Assembly: GCA_002794465.1 (NCBI GenBank)
Contig: MTSL01000137.1
Span: forward strand, 1-23,299
DNA length: 23,299 nucleotides
Direction of reading: 5' to 3'
Origin: Paramicrosporidium saccamoebae KSL3
Lineage: Eukaryota; Fungi; Cryptomycota
The position numbers and the translations under genes were made by a program. The notes under the pieces are model-generated. The model made no database searches, was not told the origin of the DNA, and saw nothing but the letters and a program-made list of their open reading frames with translations. This document shows, one piece after another, positions 1 through 11,199 of the stretch. Within the stretch, counting starts at the first letter, position 1, and the number at the start of each line of letters is the position of its first letter.

Positions 1-1
1 C

Positions 2-499
2 TTTATGGGTTGGCGAGCAGCTCAGGACAGACTTTTATTATTGGATGGCTACGCGGGACATTCTAATCTGGATTCTAGTCATTACAAGAGCTGGCTAACT
101 CTAAATCTTAATGAAGAAAGTCTGGATATTGGAAAAGTCCGTAGCATTCTTCCGTTAGAAGCGGATGGACTTGTTGTTGCTTTTGACGCTACGTATCAAT
201 TGGTAATAGCAACTTATGGTAGGCCTCCACTAGGGGCGATTCTTCTCCGCCCCGAAGGAGAAAGTCTCGTCTTTAGTGCTCGTTCGCTCGACAACACGAC
301 CAAAGCGGTAGGTGTTCAGGACGGCGATGTTGTTGTAATTGAAACACTCGACAGAATAACACAATTGGAATTGGGACATCTTCAATTAAGCACCAAGGAT
401 TCACTGGCCGAAATTGCCCAAAAGGTCTATGGGTCTAGCTACAAAAAGTCACTGTGTATCGTCGCAACCATTGTGTTCAACAGTAGCCCGAATAAGTAG
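2..499 (+). CDS. Hypothetical protein, probably the 3' part of a gene starting upstream of the window
   Basis: Frame is open from the window edge to TAG 497-499 (164-aa ORF in track); no family recognised. A possible 31-nt GTAT...TAG intron at 456-486 would move the stop to TGA 558-560. Confidence 0.5.
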   Translation, partial: FMGWRAAQDRLLLLDGYAGHSNLDSSHYKSWLTLNLNEESLDIGKVRSILPLEADGLVVAFDATYQLVIATYGRPPLGAILLRPEGESLVFSARSLDNTTKAVGVQDGDVVVIETLDRITQLELGHLQLSTKDSLAEIAQKVYGSSYKKSLCIVATIVFNSSPNK

Positions 500-707
500 G
501 ATGTGCCAAAGCGAGATTTATACCTGTAGTAAGGATTCCCTGCCACTGGCTAGTAGATGATAATTATACACTGGTAATAAGATGATAAGGATAAGATGAG
601 ATACGATTTGCTCTTTTACGACGACGGTTCTTTACCAAATTAAAGGTTTAAAAAGGCCATTGCGTCTTGAGCGTATCACATATCGGATTGGTCTATCACG
701 CGGTATA

Positions 708-3700
708 ATGCTCACTGACGAGACACTGAGCAATAATGAAGAGTGGCCCGAGGAACAAGCAACACTACTTGATACATTGGATATGCCGCGCTGCGTTCAT
801 CATGAAGAAATCTCTTGTTTGACAGACACATTTGGGGATGAAGAGGGAAAGCACGCGACAAGAATAGTAAAACTACTGGACTTGTACCTTGAACAGCCCT
901 TCCTTTTGGATTCATATTTGGGCGACTGGGTTGTAAAACTGGTGGGATACCTACAAACACTAATAAGCAACCCGCAGTCGCAGCTAGTGACCAACATTTG
1001 CAAAGTCCTGTATACGCTTTGCAAAATACGGGGTGCCAAGGCCATTACCGTGTATTTTGAGCACTCTGTTGACGATGTGGTGCCATTGTTGCGATTTGCG
1101 CACGACTGCATAAGGACTGACTTGGGCGCCGATGGGTGGATGGTTAACTATATAGCCATATTGATGGCATCCATTGCCATTCTGATTCCGTTCGACCTGG
1201 AACGCTTCCACCGGAGACTCACAGATTGCCCTGATTTATTTAAACTTTTAAATGCACAAGTCAAGGCCAAGTTAAAGTGCAGTGGACGTGAGCGACAGGC
1301 GGCGGTCGTGTACATGTCTGCCCTTTTCAAAAGAAAAGATTTCGCTCCTGATTTTGCGCAGTTTATTAGTGAAGCCAAAGAGAGCATTTCCCTGGATGCC
1401 AACAGTTCCATCGGGATGTTGGAATGTGTTGCAAAAGTTCTTGTATCAATGCAGCCATCTGATATTAAGAAGATTGAACAAGAAATGCATGAACTCATGT
1501 CAGTTTTGGATGAGAAATGCAACAGTTGTTTGTTAAGAAAGTGCCGAATTAAGCTATATAAACGACTCGCAGGCATCTTTGATATTAATCAATGTCTCGA
1601 TCAGCTACTGTCAGCCATTGGAGATTCCGATACAATTGTGCGGTTGGCAGCAGCCAAGGGGATTTCTGAAATCTGCAAACTGACCACGGAATCATCGAAA
1701 AGCAGTTTGATCGGCACTGTGTTAAACTCGTTGGTCTGTAGCATGGAATCTGCCTTTCCAGATCCCAACCATTGCCACGGCGCAGCATTTCTTCTAGCCG
1801 AGGCTCTCATCAAGAAATTGGTTCCCGTGGAATCTTTGCAATCTTTAATTTCATTGATATGTAAACTGCTGAGATTTGAGGTACCTCGAGGGCGATTTGC
1901 TTTGGGATCCGCAGTGCGAGACTCTGCTTGCTATATGGTCTGGGCCATGGCGCGATCCTATTCTCGTGGGCAGCTGCGTATTGAAGAATTATCTGGACAA
2001 CTAGTCTGCACTGCCCTCTTTGATCGTGAAGTCTCCTGTCGAAGAGCTGCGGCAGCGTCCTTTCAAGAACTGACTGGCCGATGGGATGGAGTGCCGTCGG
2101 GAATCAATCTTTTCACAATTGTCAACTTTTTCAACATTAGTCAGAGAAGGGTAGCTTTTGAGAGTCTTGCTCTTCAAGTGGCCACTACAGCTCCAGAGTA
2201 CAAGCAATATATTGTGGATCATCTGGTCTGCTGTAGCATCAACAGCTGGGACAAGGAGATACGTCAACTCGGCGCCGCTCTCCTCTGTCAGGTTACTAAT
2301 GACAATGGTTCTGTCATTGAGGAGCTTGTAGCCCGTGCCTGCAACTTGGATGACCTCGGAGCCCAACACGGCGCTATCCTATCTCTGTCACATATTGCCA
2401 AAAGATCGGCTGTCCCTCTAGAAAAAATGGTCCCCATTTCAATAGCCTTGACAGGGTCTATCCCACCAAAGATGCTTGGTTGGGAGCTGATAGCAGCGGC
2501 TACTTGCTTATTAATATCCAGTTTAGCCGCCAATCCTCTATGTGTAAATAGACCTATTGAGCAGTGGCTGGCCTCATGCAGTTTGGCGCTGCAATCGCGA
2601 GATGATACACTTCATTCACTGGTGGCAACGATCACCCTTCCTGCCATTGTGGCCTCAATGCCCGAAGATTCGGAAATCATTTCCACCTACTTTAGAGGGA
2701 CTGTGCTTCCGGCAGCTGATAAGGATCGAAATATCAATGCCCAGCGAGGATTCATGTTGGCAATCGGAGCAATGCCAAAGTGGCTCTTTATCTCCCGCTT
2801 TGGACCATTGAGTAAACTACTTGTAAAGGTCATTTCCAGCACCTCTTTGATCGAGAAGCGTGTCAATGCCATTTGTTCACTTGGATCCCTCTACAGGAGC
2901 CACATGGGCCATATGAGCCATAGGGGTCACAGAGGTCATAGGGGTTTATATGCAGAGACTTCTACTGAGAAGATTTTTAATGGAGAGACTCCTGCTGAGA
3001 GGACTCTTACTGAGGGGATTCCTGACGGAGAGATCCATCGCAGTAGCGTCATCGCGGTAATGTCAGCACTTGAAGACTACACCATAGACTCGCGTGGCGA
3101 CATTGGTTCTATTGTGAGATTAGCTGCCATGAGAGAACTCCCTAGCATCTTTTGTCACCTATTTGCCGAGTTTGCACCCCAATTCACTGGAAAATTACTG
3201 TTCCACATGGTGGATAAGCTGGACAAGTTACGTCTGGAAGCTGTCAAAACACTGGAAACTAACAGCAATCTTAGCCTGCCTTGGGATCGACTGAAGGAGA
3301 GCAATTACAATCCACGCGAGTTTTTTGAGCTTCTCAGAGATTATGACTGCATTCTGTGTGCCGACGTGTTAAGGGGAATCATCTCAAGCGCCGGGTCAGT
3401 CAATATGCTCATTGTACCATTTTGGTCTGTAACTTATTCGTGTAGGCCGAGCCAGCATTAGATCTGTTAGTTTATTGGCTCCATCATGCAATCCAATCCA
3501 AGCAATTTCCTCCAATTGCTGAGGAATGCTTTGGGATTCCTCGATTGAGACGAGCCGTTCTCCACGTTCTTGACCGTCTCTTGGATCGTGGTGTGTCTGT
3601 GTCCATATCCTTGGGAATGGTCGAGGCCATTTGTGTACTGGCGAATGATTGCCGCACCCAAATGCACGATTTGTTGACGGCCTCCGGTCTGCTTTGCAAG

Positions 3701-3808
3701 CTTGCACCTCAATACGAAACAGCTCGGTTATGGATAAATGAAACTGCCATGTCCCATGAATATGCTGCAGTCCGAGATGTTTGTCAGTCGATTACAAAAA
3801 GGCAATAA
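708..3808 (+). CDS. TBCD: Tubulin-specific chaperone D (tubulin folding cofactor D), ~1022 aa
   Basis: Motifs recalled from TBCD: LLDLYLEQPFLLDSYL, LYTLCKIRGAKAI, DTIVRLAAAKGI, VRDSACYMVWAMAR, ALFDREVSCRRAAAASFQELTGR, DYTIDSRGDIGSIVR. Exons 708-3413 and 3446-3808; a 32-nt intron (GTAC...TAG) joins the 660..3461 ORF in phase to the 3545..3808 ORF frame. Track start 660 is TTG; first in-frame ATG is 708. Confidence 0.92.
2901..3041 (+). repeat. In-frame tandem repeats inside TBCD: 5x9 bp (HMG/HMS/HRG) then ~6x15 bp (AETST/EKIFN/GETPA/ERTLT/EGIPD/GEIHR)
   Basis: cacatgggc catatgagc cataggggt cacagaggt cataggggt (2901-2945); gcagagacttctact gagaagatttttaat ggagagactcctgct gagaggactcttact gaggggattcctgac ggagagatccatcgc (2952-3041). 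Confidence 0.8.
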
Positions 3809-3880
3809 AGGAGTTATTGACAAACGGTGGGGCCCTGTTAAACAGTATCTGTTTAGGATTGTGAACTATCGGAATCATGA

Positions 3881-4052
3881 TGTGACGTAGAGGCAGAGGG
3901 TTGATTAGTTGGGTATTTGAGTGCTAGAGTGGATCGCTTTGCTGGGTATTTGAGGACAGTGAGGTGTGTGTCTATACTATTATAGGATTAACAGTGAACA
4001 ACCCCCCTTTCTCGCCTGGCAGTCCATACTATTTATCCCCGCTACGCGACAA
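3881..4052 (+). repeat. Dispersed repeat, copy A (homologous to inverted copy B at 21801-22083)
   Basis: 36-bp perfect match 3910-3945 = reverse complement of 21981-22016; further blocks 3881-3893/22071-22083, 3901-3917/22053-22069, 3946-4000/21926-21980 (43/55 identical), and ttatcccc(g/a)cta(c/t)gcgacaa at the far end. Confidence 0.9.
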
Positions 4053-4163
4053 TCATATGCGGTCCAAGGGCAAGGGATTGTTATTTGACAATGTCCTGTC
4101 TAAGGGATGGTTTATTGATAAAATGAGAATCAGTCGATCTGTAAACTAAAAGGAAAGCAATGG

Positions 4164-6825
4164 CTACACAATTTGACCCACAACCTACAGAATAAACAAT
4201 AACCGAGACTGTACACTCAGTGTCCACTTGACCACAGACAGAGTCGATTCGGAGAGTTGAGAGTTGTCCTCCAAGGGCTGACGAATGAAACGCATCAGCC
4301 AGTCATTTCGCAGAATGGGCAGCATTTGGGATTTGTAGGTATCCACGAGATCGCCCACCAGACCAATGGCGGCTCTAACCATTGCATCTGATCGGTTGGG
4401 GTCCGAGGAGACGATGGCGATGAATTCGGTAATTTGATTCACATATTGGGAGAGGGAAACGGCGGCCTGCTGATCGTCCTTGAATCCTTGGACGATGCTG
4501 GTGTAGGCCTCCAAGAGAGATTCGCGAATATCACAGACAAAGTCGACTTCGTCATAGTCATCTTCATCCTGGACAGAAATGACGCCGGCCTGAGCAAAGA
4601 AGGTCATGGTGTGGGGGAGATATTTGACAAAACTGCCACCGACGCCGAGGGCAACATCGCCGATGGAGCTGACCACGTGGGGCTTGACAATGCGAGCAAG
4701 GGAAGGATCCTGCAGGGCCTCGAGCAAATGACGCATTAGATCATCGCAGAATGGCAATAATGCCTGATTCATGGAACGAGCAAGATCACCAACGACACCA
4801 ACTGCAACAGTGCAAAGATGATATTCGGCGTGATTAGAAATGGCCTTGTTTAGGAGGGGGATGAAGGGATGGGCGAAACGGGTAAATTCCGCCTCAATTT
4901 CCGAAATGAGCGTGCCAATAAGCAACATGACATCCTCCAATTCAGTGCCTTTGCTGCAATTGGCCAGAATGGAGAGGGAGGCGGTCATGATTTGATCGGC
5001 CACGTGCAGATCAGGACGACCAAGTTTCTTGAGACTGTTCTGCAGGACGGTGCAAATGTGCGACTGGAGTTCGCTGAAACGCATGCGATCATCGACACTG
5101 ACGATTTGGGAGGCGAGTGATTGTGACTCGGTAAACTTGACCACCATGACGGTTTGCAATTTCTCCACTGCGGGAACACAATCCATGGGGGCAAAGAGGA
5201 CCACATTGGCCAATGATTGATAGGCCGCGCTTTTGAGATTGGAATCGTCGGCATCCTGACGTTGGGCGGTGGAGAAGAGGGCACTGGCAACATTGGTGAA
5301 ATGGGCTGAAATTGCCGATGTTTGCAGATCATTCGAGTCGTCGCCATAATGCACAAAAAGACTCATTAGTGACCAACAGCAATTGACAGCAACCCGTGGC
5401 GGCCCTGTCAATCCCGTACATAGGACGGTGCTGATGTGGGGAATCAGTCCAATGGGAATGACATTGTTAAAGAAATCAACCACCCGTCCAATAGCCCATG
5501 CCGAGGTGTCACGGACAGCAACGGACGAATCATCCATCATCTTCAACAACATGGGCAATCCATCGTTGATGAAGGGAGAGACACTTTCCGTGTTTGGACC
5601 ATCCATAACTGATCCAAAGGCCATCACAGCAGCCTCCCGCAGACGCCAATCAGGAACAACCAAATTGCGTTCCACAAACTGCAGAATAATGCCGCCATGG
5701 AAAATGTCCTCTCGAACACATTCTGCAAGCAGGGACAAACAGGTGCCGGCCGCCATGGCCTTGTTCCATTCGTCCGTGTCGTCTTCATCCTCATGGGGCA
5801 ATAGCTTCAACAAAGAGGGCAAAAGATGGTCCAATGAGTTACGGGCAAAATGCAGACAAACAAAGTCGCTTGCCTCAGCCGCCTGAAGGTCCGTCTCAAT
5901 GTCGCATACTGTGGACCAAAACTCAATGGCCTGCAGAACAACCGGCTCGGCGGCACAATGCATACTGTTAATGGTCAGCATGGAGACGGCGTGTTTCATA
6001 TACGGCTCCATCAAATGGTAATACAGGGAGACAATGCGCACTAAACATTCAAACGAAGCCAACACCAGGGCCTCATCTGTCGCTTGGGTGGCCGTACAGA
6101 CGACATTCATGATAATGTCTCGTTCGTTCTGACGGTCAAAGTTCATCCGCGCAAACTCTAATGAATTGTACAGCGCATGTGCTGCCGCCGTCCTTACTGC
6201 ATTGCTGGGCTCCTCTGCCCGAAGTCCCGTAATTACGGCCGTCAGGATTTTGTCAGATTGACTTTCCAATACGGACGGCTCGATTTCTTCGCATATATAG
6301 CCAATGGTCTCAATGACACATCGACGCATATTCTCATTGTTGGAATGCACTCCCGCCATCAGCGCCTCCATCAATTCAGGCCATGCGTTCCTCTTCAATT
6401 CCACGCGTGAAATGGCTGCTGTGGTTTGGGCCGCTGCTGTGCCGGCCCGCGCTTCCGTTGCGCCCAGCGTGGCCAGAAGTTGGGATTTTATTTGCATTCG
6501 AGCATTGGCATCCACTGCCATCCAACGTTCCTCATAGTCTTGCAGTCGGGCCGTGTCTTTGGAAACTACGGCATTCTTCATGGCCACACCGGCTGCCTGT
6601 CGAATGTCACTTCCTCGACTCTCATCGCACAACTCCCGACACAGTCGTCCCACATATACCGTCTACACATGAGCTTGGTCAGCAGGGTGGTACGAAATTC
6701 TCCCGGGCTGCCTGTTCCAACGCCGCCGTCGCCTTTTCACGCACACTCTGTTCTATCCATTAATTGACCATTCTCCTCGGAATACCCGGCGACAAAGATG
6801 CTGCAAGTATCTGTCCAAAGTCCAT
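4164..6825 (-). CDS. KPNB1: Importin beta-1 (karyopherin beta 1 / Kap95), ~855 aa
   Basis: HEAT-repeat protein with ALQAIEFWSTVCDIE-like (LQAIEFWSTVCDIE), DEDDDTDEWNKAMAAGTCL and WRLREAAVMAFGSVMDGP. Exons 6825-6786, 6752-6694, 6662-4215 and probably 4184-4164. Introns of 33 and 31 nt restore the N-terminus MDFGQILAASLSPEQSVREKATAALEQAARENF; a putative 30-nt terminal intron gives ...KWTLSVVGQIV*. If it is not spliced, the stop is at 4185. Confidence 0.95.
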
Positions 6826-6868
6826 GGTATCGAGGATGCCGCTCGGCCGGGGACCCAATTATTCGCAT

Positions 6869-7866
6869 TTATTTCTTAAAAATCTTTTCAATAAAGTCCC
6901 TAATCCTCCTATGGTAGTCCAATTCCCCATGGCAGCTGTGTTGTCCATCCGCAAAATGATGATACGTCCGTTCAAATCCCTCGGGACCGTATTCAATCTT
7001 GCTCCACAAATGGTCCATGTGCCACGAGGCCACAATCCTATCCTTCCGTCCCGACAAAAACAAAACATGGGGCACCACTAGTCCCGCCTCTGCGCGTTTC
7101 AGCAGCGATTCAATTGGTAGTTCATTATTCCATGGATCCAATATCAACGGATCAAGGAACGATGCCGCAGTAGGGTTCTTAAAGACGACCCGTGCCTACA
7201 ACATTACAACCAGACTCAAGTTACAATTCGGGTAAATGTGTTCTCTACAATCACTGCTGCAATGCGGGTGGGGTTGTCGGCTGCCAGATGCAATGCGACC
7301 GCTCCGCCCAGCGAATGGCCAAATACAACAATGCGGTCCTTTCGTACATCCCCCCTGCTGTGCAGATAGTCCAGCGCTGCCTATCCATCAATCTGCCTCT
7401 CCATCACCCTACCTGACTATCCTGTCGGATTCCCTGCATGTCCGGTGTGCCTTGGCTGCATCCAAAGCCCCGGTAGCTGACTGACAGGAAGTTGACGTTC
7501 ATATGTTTGCGCCACATCACACTGGCCTTTAAAGCCCATTCAATCCTCCCTCCATTTCCCTACCAAATCCAGACACCACCGTTAAAGAGTTGAGGATACA
7601 TGTAGATACAAAATTGTGGGGGCGGTTGTCGGATCCCGTGCTGGCATCCAATACGCCCGTAGCTGCGTCTTGTCCCCAGCCACCAAGTCGATTGCTGCAC
7701 TATGCGGAACACCCAGACGCTCCATCACCCGTCCTTCCTCCTCGAAATTGATACAACAGGGAGAGTAGAGGAAGGGACGCTGAAAACATAGTATGCTGAG
7801 AAAGGCCACCAGTGAGAGTACTGCCAAGCCCAAAAATCCATAGAACACTCTTTTACGATTACTCAT
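6869..7866 (-). CDS. ABHD13/BEM46-like membrane-anchored alpha/beta hydrolase, ~298 aa
   Basis: Reconstructed from exons 7866-7600, 7559-7413, 7380-7225 and 7195-6869 (phase-0 introns of 40, 32 and 29 nt). N-terminal TM helix then FQRPFLY, ILYLHGNGG, SYRGFGCSQG, nucleophile GHSLGGAV, IVENTF, acid LSGRKD, His GQH. Confidence 0.85.
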
Positions 7867-7996
7867 GCCCCTGCTGTCCAATTGTGATTGGACATTATTT
7901 ATGTACCATGCCAAATGTGGTGCAATTTGTAAAGGGTGAAGATTGTAAGAAACGTCGTGTCCTTTACTAACCAAAGATCAATGGTTTATCGACGAG

Positions 7997-8189
7997 TAAA
8001 TCGTCTTATTATAGTGCGCGGCCATCCTTACTAAAGCAGGGACGGCTTGTGGGTTTTGGGAATGCCGTGGCATTTACTAACCAAAGATAAAGGCTTTGTT
8101 AAACAGTACCCGCGTGTAATTAGCGGCCCAAGTACAGACAGCGATCCCATAAGCCGCTCATATGCCACACACTATAATAAGACGATTTA
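7997..8189. mobile_element. MITE-like 193-bp element with perfect 20-bp terminal inverted repeats
   Basis: TAAATCGTCTTATTATAGTG (7997-8016) is the exact reverse complement of CACTATAATAAGACGATTTA (8170-8189). Both outer ends are TA (possible TA target duplication); no coding capacity. Confidence 0.65.
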
Positions 8190-8301
8190 TGCATCAATAG
8201 GCTCTGTATTAGTAGCGCGCCCTTTACGGATTATAATCTCACAAAAGTGTTTACTACGGACTATTGCCCCACATTAATATTATTTACATGTCCAATTACT
8301 G

Positions 8302-9243
8302 TTACAGAATGGCAAAGATGGCAAAGACAATAAAGGAGAAACCACCCAATGCCGTTACTGTTCTGATGGACATGACGGTGGCCATCAACTTTCCACTCAG
8401 CACCGCCAACGCCGTGCAGACGGCATGTCCCAAAATGGCACCGAGGGTGACTCCATAGACATTCTGTGCTGCCGCCAATGCAATTGTCGCAATTTGACTG
8501 CGATCGCCCCATTCAGCAAGAAAGGTTAGCGAAAAGGTCTGCATGGCTACGGGCGGCAATGCCAATCCAATGCGCACTGCATAGAACCAGGAGAGCAGTC
8601 GGACGAGAGGCGAATTGTCACTGCAACTGCCGCCACCCTCCAGATTCCGCGACGGTGATCTTGGGGCCTCCCTCCGACGGGTCATGTCCTCGCTGTCTTC
8701 AATCTCATGGGAAACCTCATCGTATTCTTCGCGCATATGTTCTGCACTCATGCTAAAGGCCTCGGCTAACATTTTGAGGCCAAACACGACGAAAAGAATG
8801 GCGGCTCCCCAAAGAGTCCATTTCCGCGGAATCAAATTGGGCAGCAGTAGCCCAAATGCCGCTGAGATGACGGTCATTAGAGCCAGCGCACCCAAAGAGG
8901 CAACAAAGGTGACGGCTCGTGAATGTCGCATGGCCATAATGGCAGCAATCAGGAACGTCTTGTCGCCCAACTCCGAGACCATGATCATGAGCAAGGCGGT
9001 GAGGAAGCTAGTCCAAAACTTGTCCGTCACTGGAATGTCGCCAAGCTCTGGTAATGCGTGCTGTGGAGGTGGAGTGTGTAATGGAGGCGGGTCGAACATG
9101 GAATTGTCATCCAGTGCACTGTCTGCTGATACCATCAAGGCCGCTGCATCGGCATTAATTTTCAAAGGCGCCGTTGTAGAGTGACAGAGGGATAGGACAG
9201 CAAAAAGGATGAGGGAGAGTATTTGAGCTGCGACGACATTCAT
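8302..9243 (-). CDS. GDT1: GDT1/TMEM165 (UPF0016) Ca2+/Mn2+ transporter
   Basis: Two UPF0016 E-x-G-D-(K/R)-(T/S) motifs (SELGDKTF and AEWGDRSQ), signal-like N-terminus, multiple TM segments and an acidic central loop. Confidence 0.93.
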   Translation of the reverse strand: MNVVAAQILSLILFAVLSLCHSTTAPLKINADAAALMVSADSALDDNSMFDPPPLHTPPPQHALPELGDIPVTDKFWTSFLTALLMIMVSELGDKTFLIAAIMAMRHSRAVTFVASLGALALMTVISAAFGLLLPNLIPRKWTLWGAAILFVVFGLKMLAEAFSMSAEHMREEYDEVSHEIEDSEDMTRRREAPRSPSRNLEGGGSCSDNSPLVRLLSWFYAVRIGLALPPVAMQTFSLTFLAEWGDRSQIATIALAAAQNVYGVTLGAILGHAVCTALAVLSGKLMATVMSIRTVTALGGFSFIVFAIFAIL

Positions 9244-9336
9244 GCGCTCAACAGCTTGTCAGCCAATCGCGATACAAGATGTATACAAGTTTAATCATTA
9301 CTATTGACATTGACGCTGTCAATACCCCCACCAACA

Positions 9337-9732
9337 TTATTGTGGTCGGGGAGGCATTGGCATTCCAGCATACATTCCAGGCACCGGACCTGCCAGTCCC
9401 ACCGGCGCACCTGGTGGCGGAACTCCCCTCCCCGCTGCACGACCTGCACCTGGTCCCATCATGGTGGCTGCCGGTGTCCTTGTTTTGTTGTCTTCTGCGC
9501 CAGGTCCGCCCTCGGGCGCCATTGAAATAATATGACAGCCTCGAAGCATCACCAATCCCAGTGTCCGTCGTTGTTCAGTGGTTCTAGAACGCCGTGTCTC
9601 TTCACAGTCAGCCAGAACCAGATTAAGATGTTTGTCGTAGGCCAGGAGTTGGCCTACCATGGTACGGCCGTCCTGAAGAGTCAGACGCAGCCTGCAGTTT
9701 ATGAGCTGCATCATTTTGTTCTGTTTCGGCAT
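9337..9732 (-). CDS. SNRPB: Small nuclear ribonucleoprotein SmB/B'
   Basis: Sm fold KMMQLINCRLRLTLQDGRTMVGQLLAYDKHLNLVLADCEE...RRTLGLVMLRG, plus GRAAGRG and Pro-rich tail; start set at MPKQNK (ATG 9732) by analogy with SmB N-termini. Confidence 0.92.
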   Translation of the reverse strand: MPKQNKMMQLINCRLRLTLQDGRTMVGQLLAYDKHLNLVLADCEETRRSRTTEQRRTLGLVMLRGCHIISMAPEGGPGAEDNKTRTPAATMMGPGAGRAAGRGVPPPGAPVGLAGPVPGMYAGMPMPPRPQ

Positions 9733-9815
9733 GTTTACAGTGGGTAAACTTGATGGATGAACCAAGGGAAGATGGGTAGGTAAGTGAGGACCGGTCTATA
9801 TACCAGGGTAAGGAG
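9733..9815. promoter_or_regulatory. 83-bp divergent (probably bidirectional) promoter region between SmB and DDX51
   Basis: Head-to-head start codons; symmetric TATATA at 9797-9802. Confidence 0.4.
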
Positions 9816-11165
9816 ATGTCGACGCCGGCATGGCTGACAAATCCGGTTGTGGTTTCGTCGAGTCTTGATGACTGCACCAGTTTGGACCAAATCGAATCAC
9901 TTGATCCAATCCTCAAACAGACCCTGCGGGGACAGGGAGTGGAGCATCTGTTTCCGGTGCAGGAGGCCGTCCTGCACCATTCAGGCCAGCCGAGGGACCT
10001 GTGCGTCTCGGCTCCCACGGGCAGTGGGAAGACTTTGGCATATCTTTTGCCGATCCTCCAGGCGCTGCGAATGCGCCGAGTGCGACGGATACGAGCCGTC
10101 ATTATCGTTCCGGGTCGTGAGCTGGCCAATCAGGTCCGGTCGGTGATGGAGCCTCTAGCCGCCGCTGTTGGATTGGATGTGGGCATTTCCGTGGGACAGA
10201 CGTCATTTTCCATGGAACAACGCAAACTGGACGATGGAGGCTGCAGTCTAGTGGACATTTTGGTGACAACGCCCGGTCGTCTCCTCGAACACTTGGAGCA
10301 TGGCACCATTACCCTGAAACATGTAGAATGGCTTGTATTTGATGAGGCAGATCGTCTGCTTGATGTGGGCTCAATTCTTGATTGGCTGTCGCCCCTGTTC
10401 CATAGTCTCAACAATGCCACCCCAAATGGGGACGGATGTGTCTCTTTTAGGCGAACAGAGCAGGTACCAATAGAAAGTCCCTTTTGGGTGACACCCCTTC
10501 GAAAGCTCCTCTTCTCCGCCACACTGACCCGCAACCCAGCGAAACTGGAGCATTTGCAACTGCACCGTCCCGTGTATATTTCTGTGGGCGATGAGGCTGC
10601 TCGATACAGCACACCGGCTGCTTTGAAAGAGTTTTTGTATGTCTGCGAGGATGTCCGAAAGCCTGTGGCTCTAATTCATCTTTTGCAGGGAGGGTTGACC
10701 CGCTCCCTCTGCTTCACTCGATCGGTGGAGGCAACAGAAAAATTGTGTCGTTTATTGACGACCATTACAGCCAAGCGGATTTCCCCGTTCAGTGGCGATT
10801 TGTCGTCGGAGGCACGTCGTACTGTTCTGCAGGCCTTTGAGGACAACCAACTCGACCTTCTCGTTTGTTCCGATGCCGCTGCCCGAGGTCTCGATCTAAG
10901 TGACGTCCATGCAGTCATCAATTACGACGTTCCTGTACACATGCGCACCTATGTGCATCGTGTAGGACGGACTGCACGGGCTGGTCGCCCCGGTATTGCC
11001 TACACCATTGCTGCCGTTCGAGAGGCACATCATTTCAAGGAAATGATTGAGCAATCTGGAAAATCCAAAATGGCTGCCTTCCGTATTCCCAAGACTGCCC
11101 TACAAACCATTGTTCCTTCCCTAGAAACTGCCATTGAGTCCCTCAGTAACGACTGCGATCAATAG
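9816..11165 (+). CDS. DBP6: DEAD-box RNA helicase DDX51/Dbp6-like
   Basis: Q motif LFPVQ, DLCVSAPTGSGKTLAY, TPGRL, DEAD, SAT, ARGLD, HRVGRTARAG; the LFPVQ/DLCVSAPTGSGKT combination is typical of DDX51/Dbp6. Confidence 0.85.
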   Translation: MSTPAWLTNPVVVSSSLDDCTSLDQIESLDPILKQTLRGQGVEHLFPVQEAVLHHSGQPRDLCVSAPTGSGKTLAYLLPILQALRMRRVRRIRAVIIVPGRELANQVRSVMEPLAAAVGLDVGISVGQTSFSMEQRKLDDGGCSLVDILVTTPGRLLEHLEHGTITLKHVEWLVFDEADRLLDVGSILDWLSPLFHSLNNATPNGDGCVSFRRTEQVPIESPFWVTPLRKLLFSATLTRNPAKLEHLQLHRPVYISVGDEAARYSTPAALKEFLYVCEDVRKPVALIHLLQGGLTRSLCFTRSVEATEKLCRLLTTITAKRISPFSGDLSSEARRTVLQAFEDNQLDLLVCSDAAARGLDLSDVHAVINYDVPVHMRTYVHRVGRTARAGRPGIAYTIAAVREAHHFKEMIEQSGKSKMAAFRIPKTALQTIVPSLETAIESLSNDCDQ

Positions 11166-11199
11166 TATCCAAGGGGGTGTGATCCATAAGATGCGTGAT

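Noticed and set aside
3844-3939. U2 snRNA-like words AGTATCTGTT (3844-3853) and ATCGCTT (3933-3939)
   Set aside because: They are in the reverse order to U2 and lack the intervening stem I and the GTGTAGTA branch-pairing sequence.
3964-4149. 61-aa ORF in the TBCD/importin gap
   Set aside because: It starts at GTG within dispersed repeat copy A and has no recognisable features.
4434-6767. Numerous 60-190 aa ORFs overlapping importin-beta and other long genes
   Set aside because: Alternative-frame or antisense shadows of well-supported CDSs, with no independent motifs.
9775-9790. U1-like ACTTACCT on the minus strand / perfect GTAAGT on the plus strand
   Set aside because: Only 8 nt, in an 83-bp promoter gap with no room or downstream structure for U1; no matching acceptor that improves either gene.
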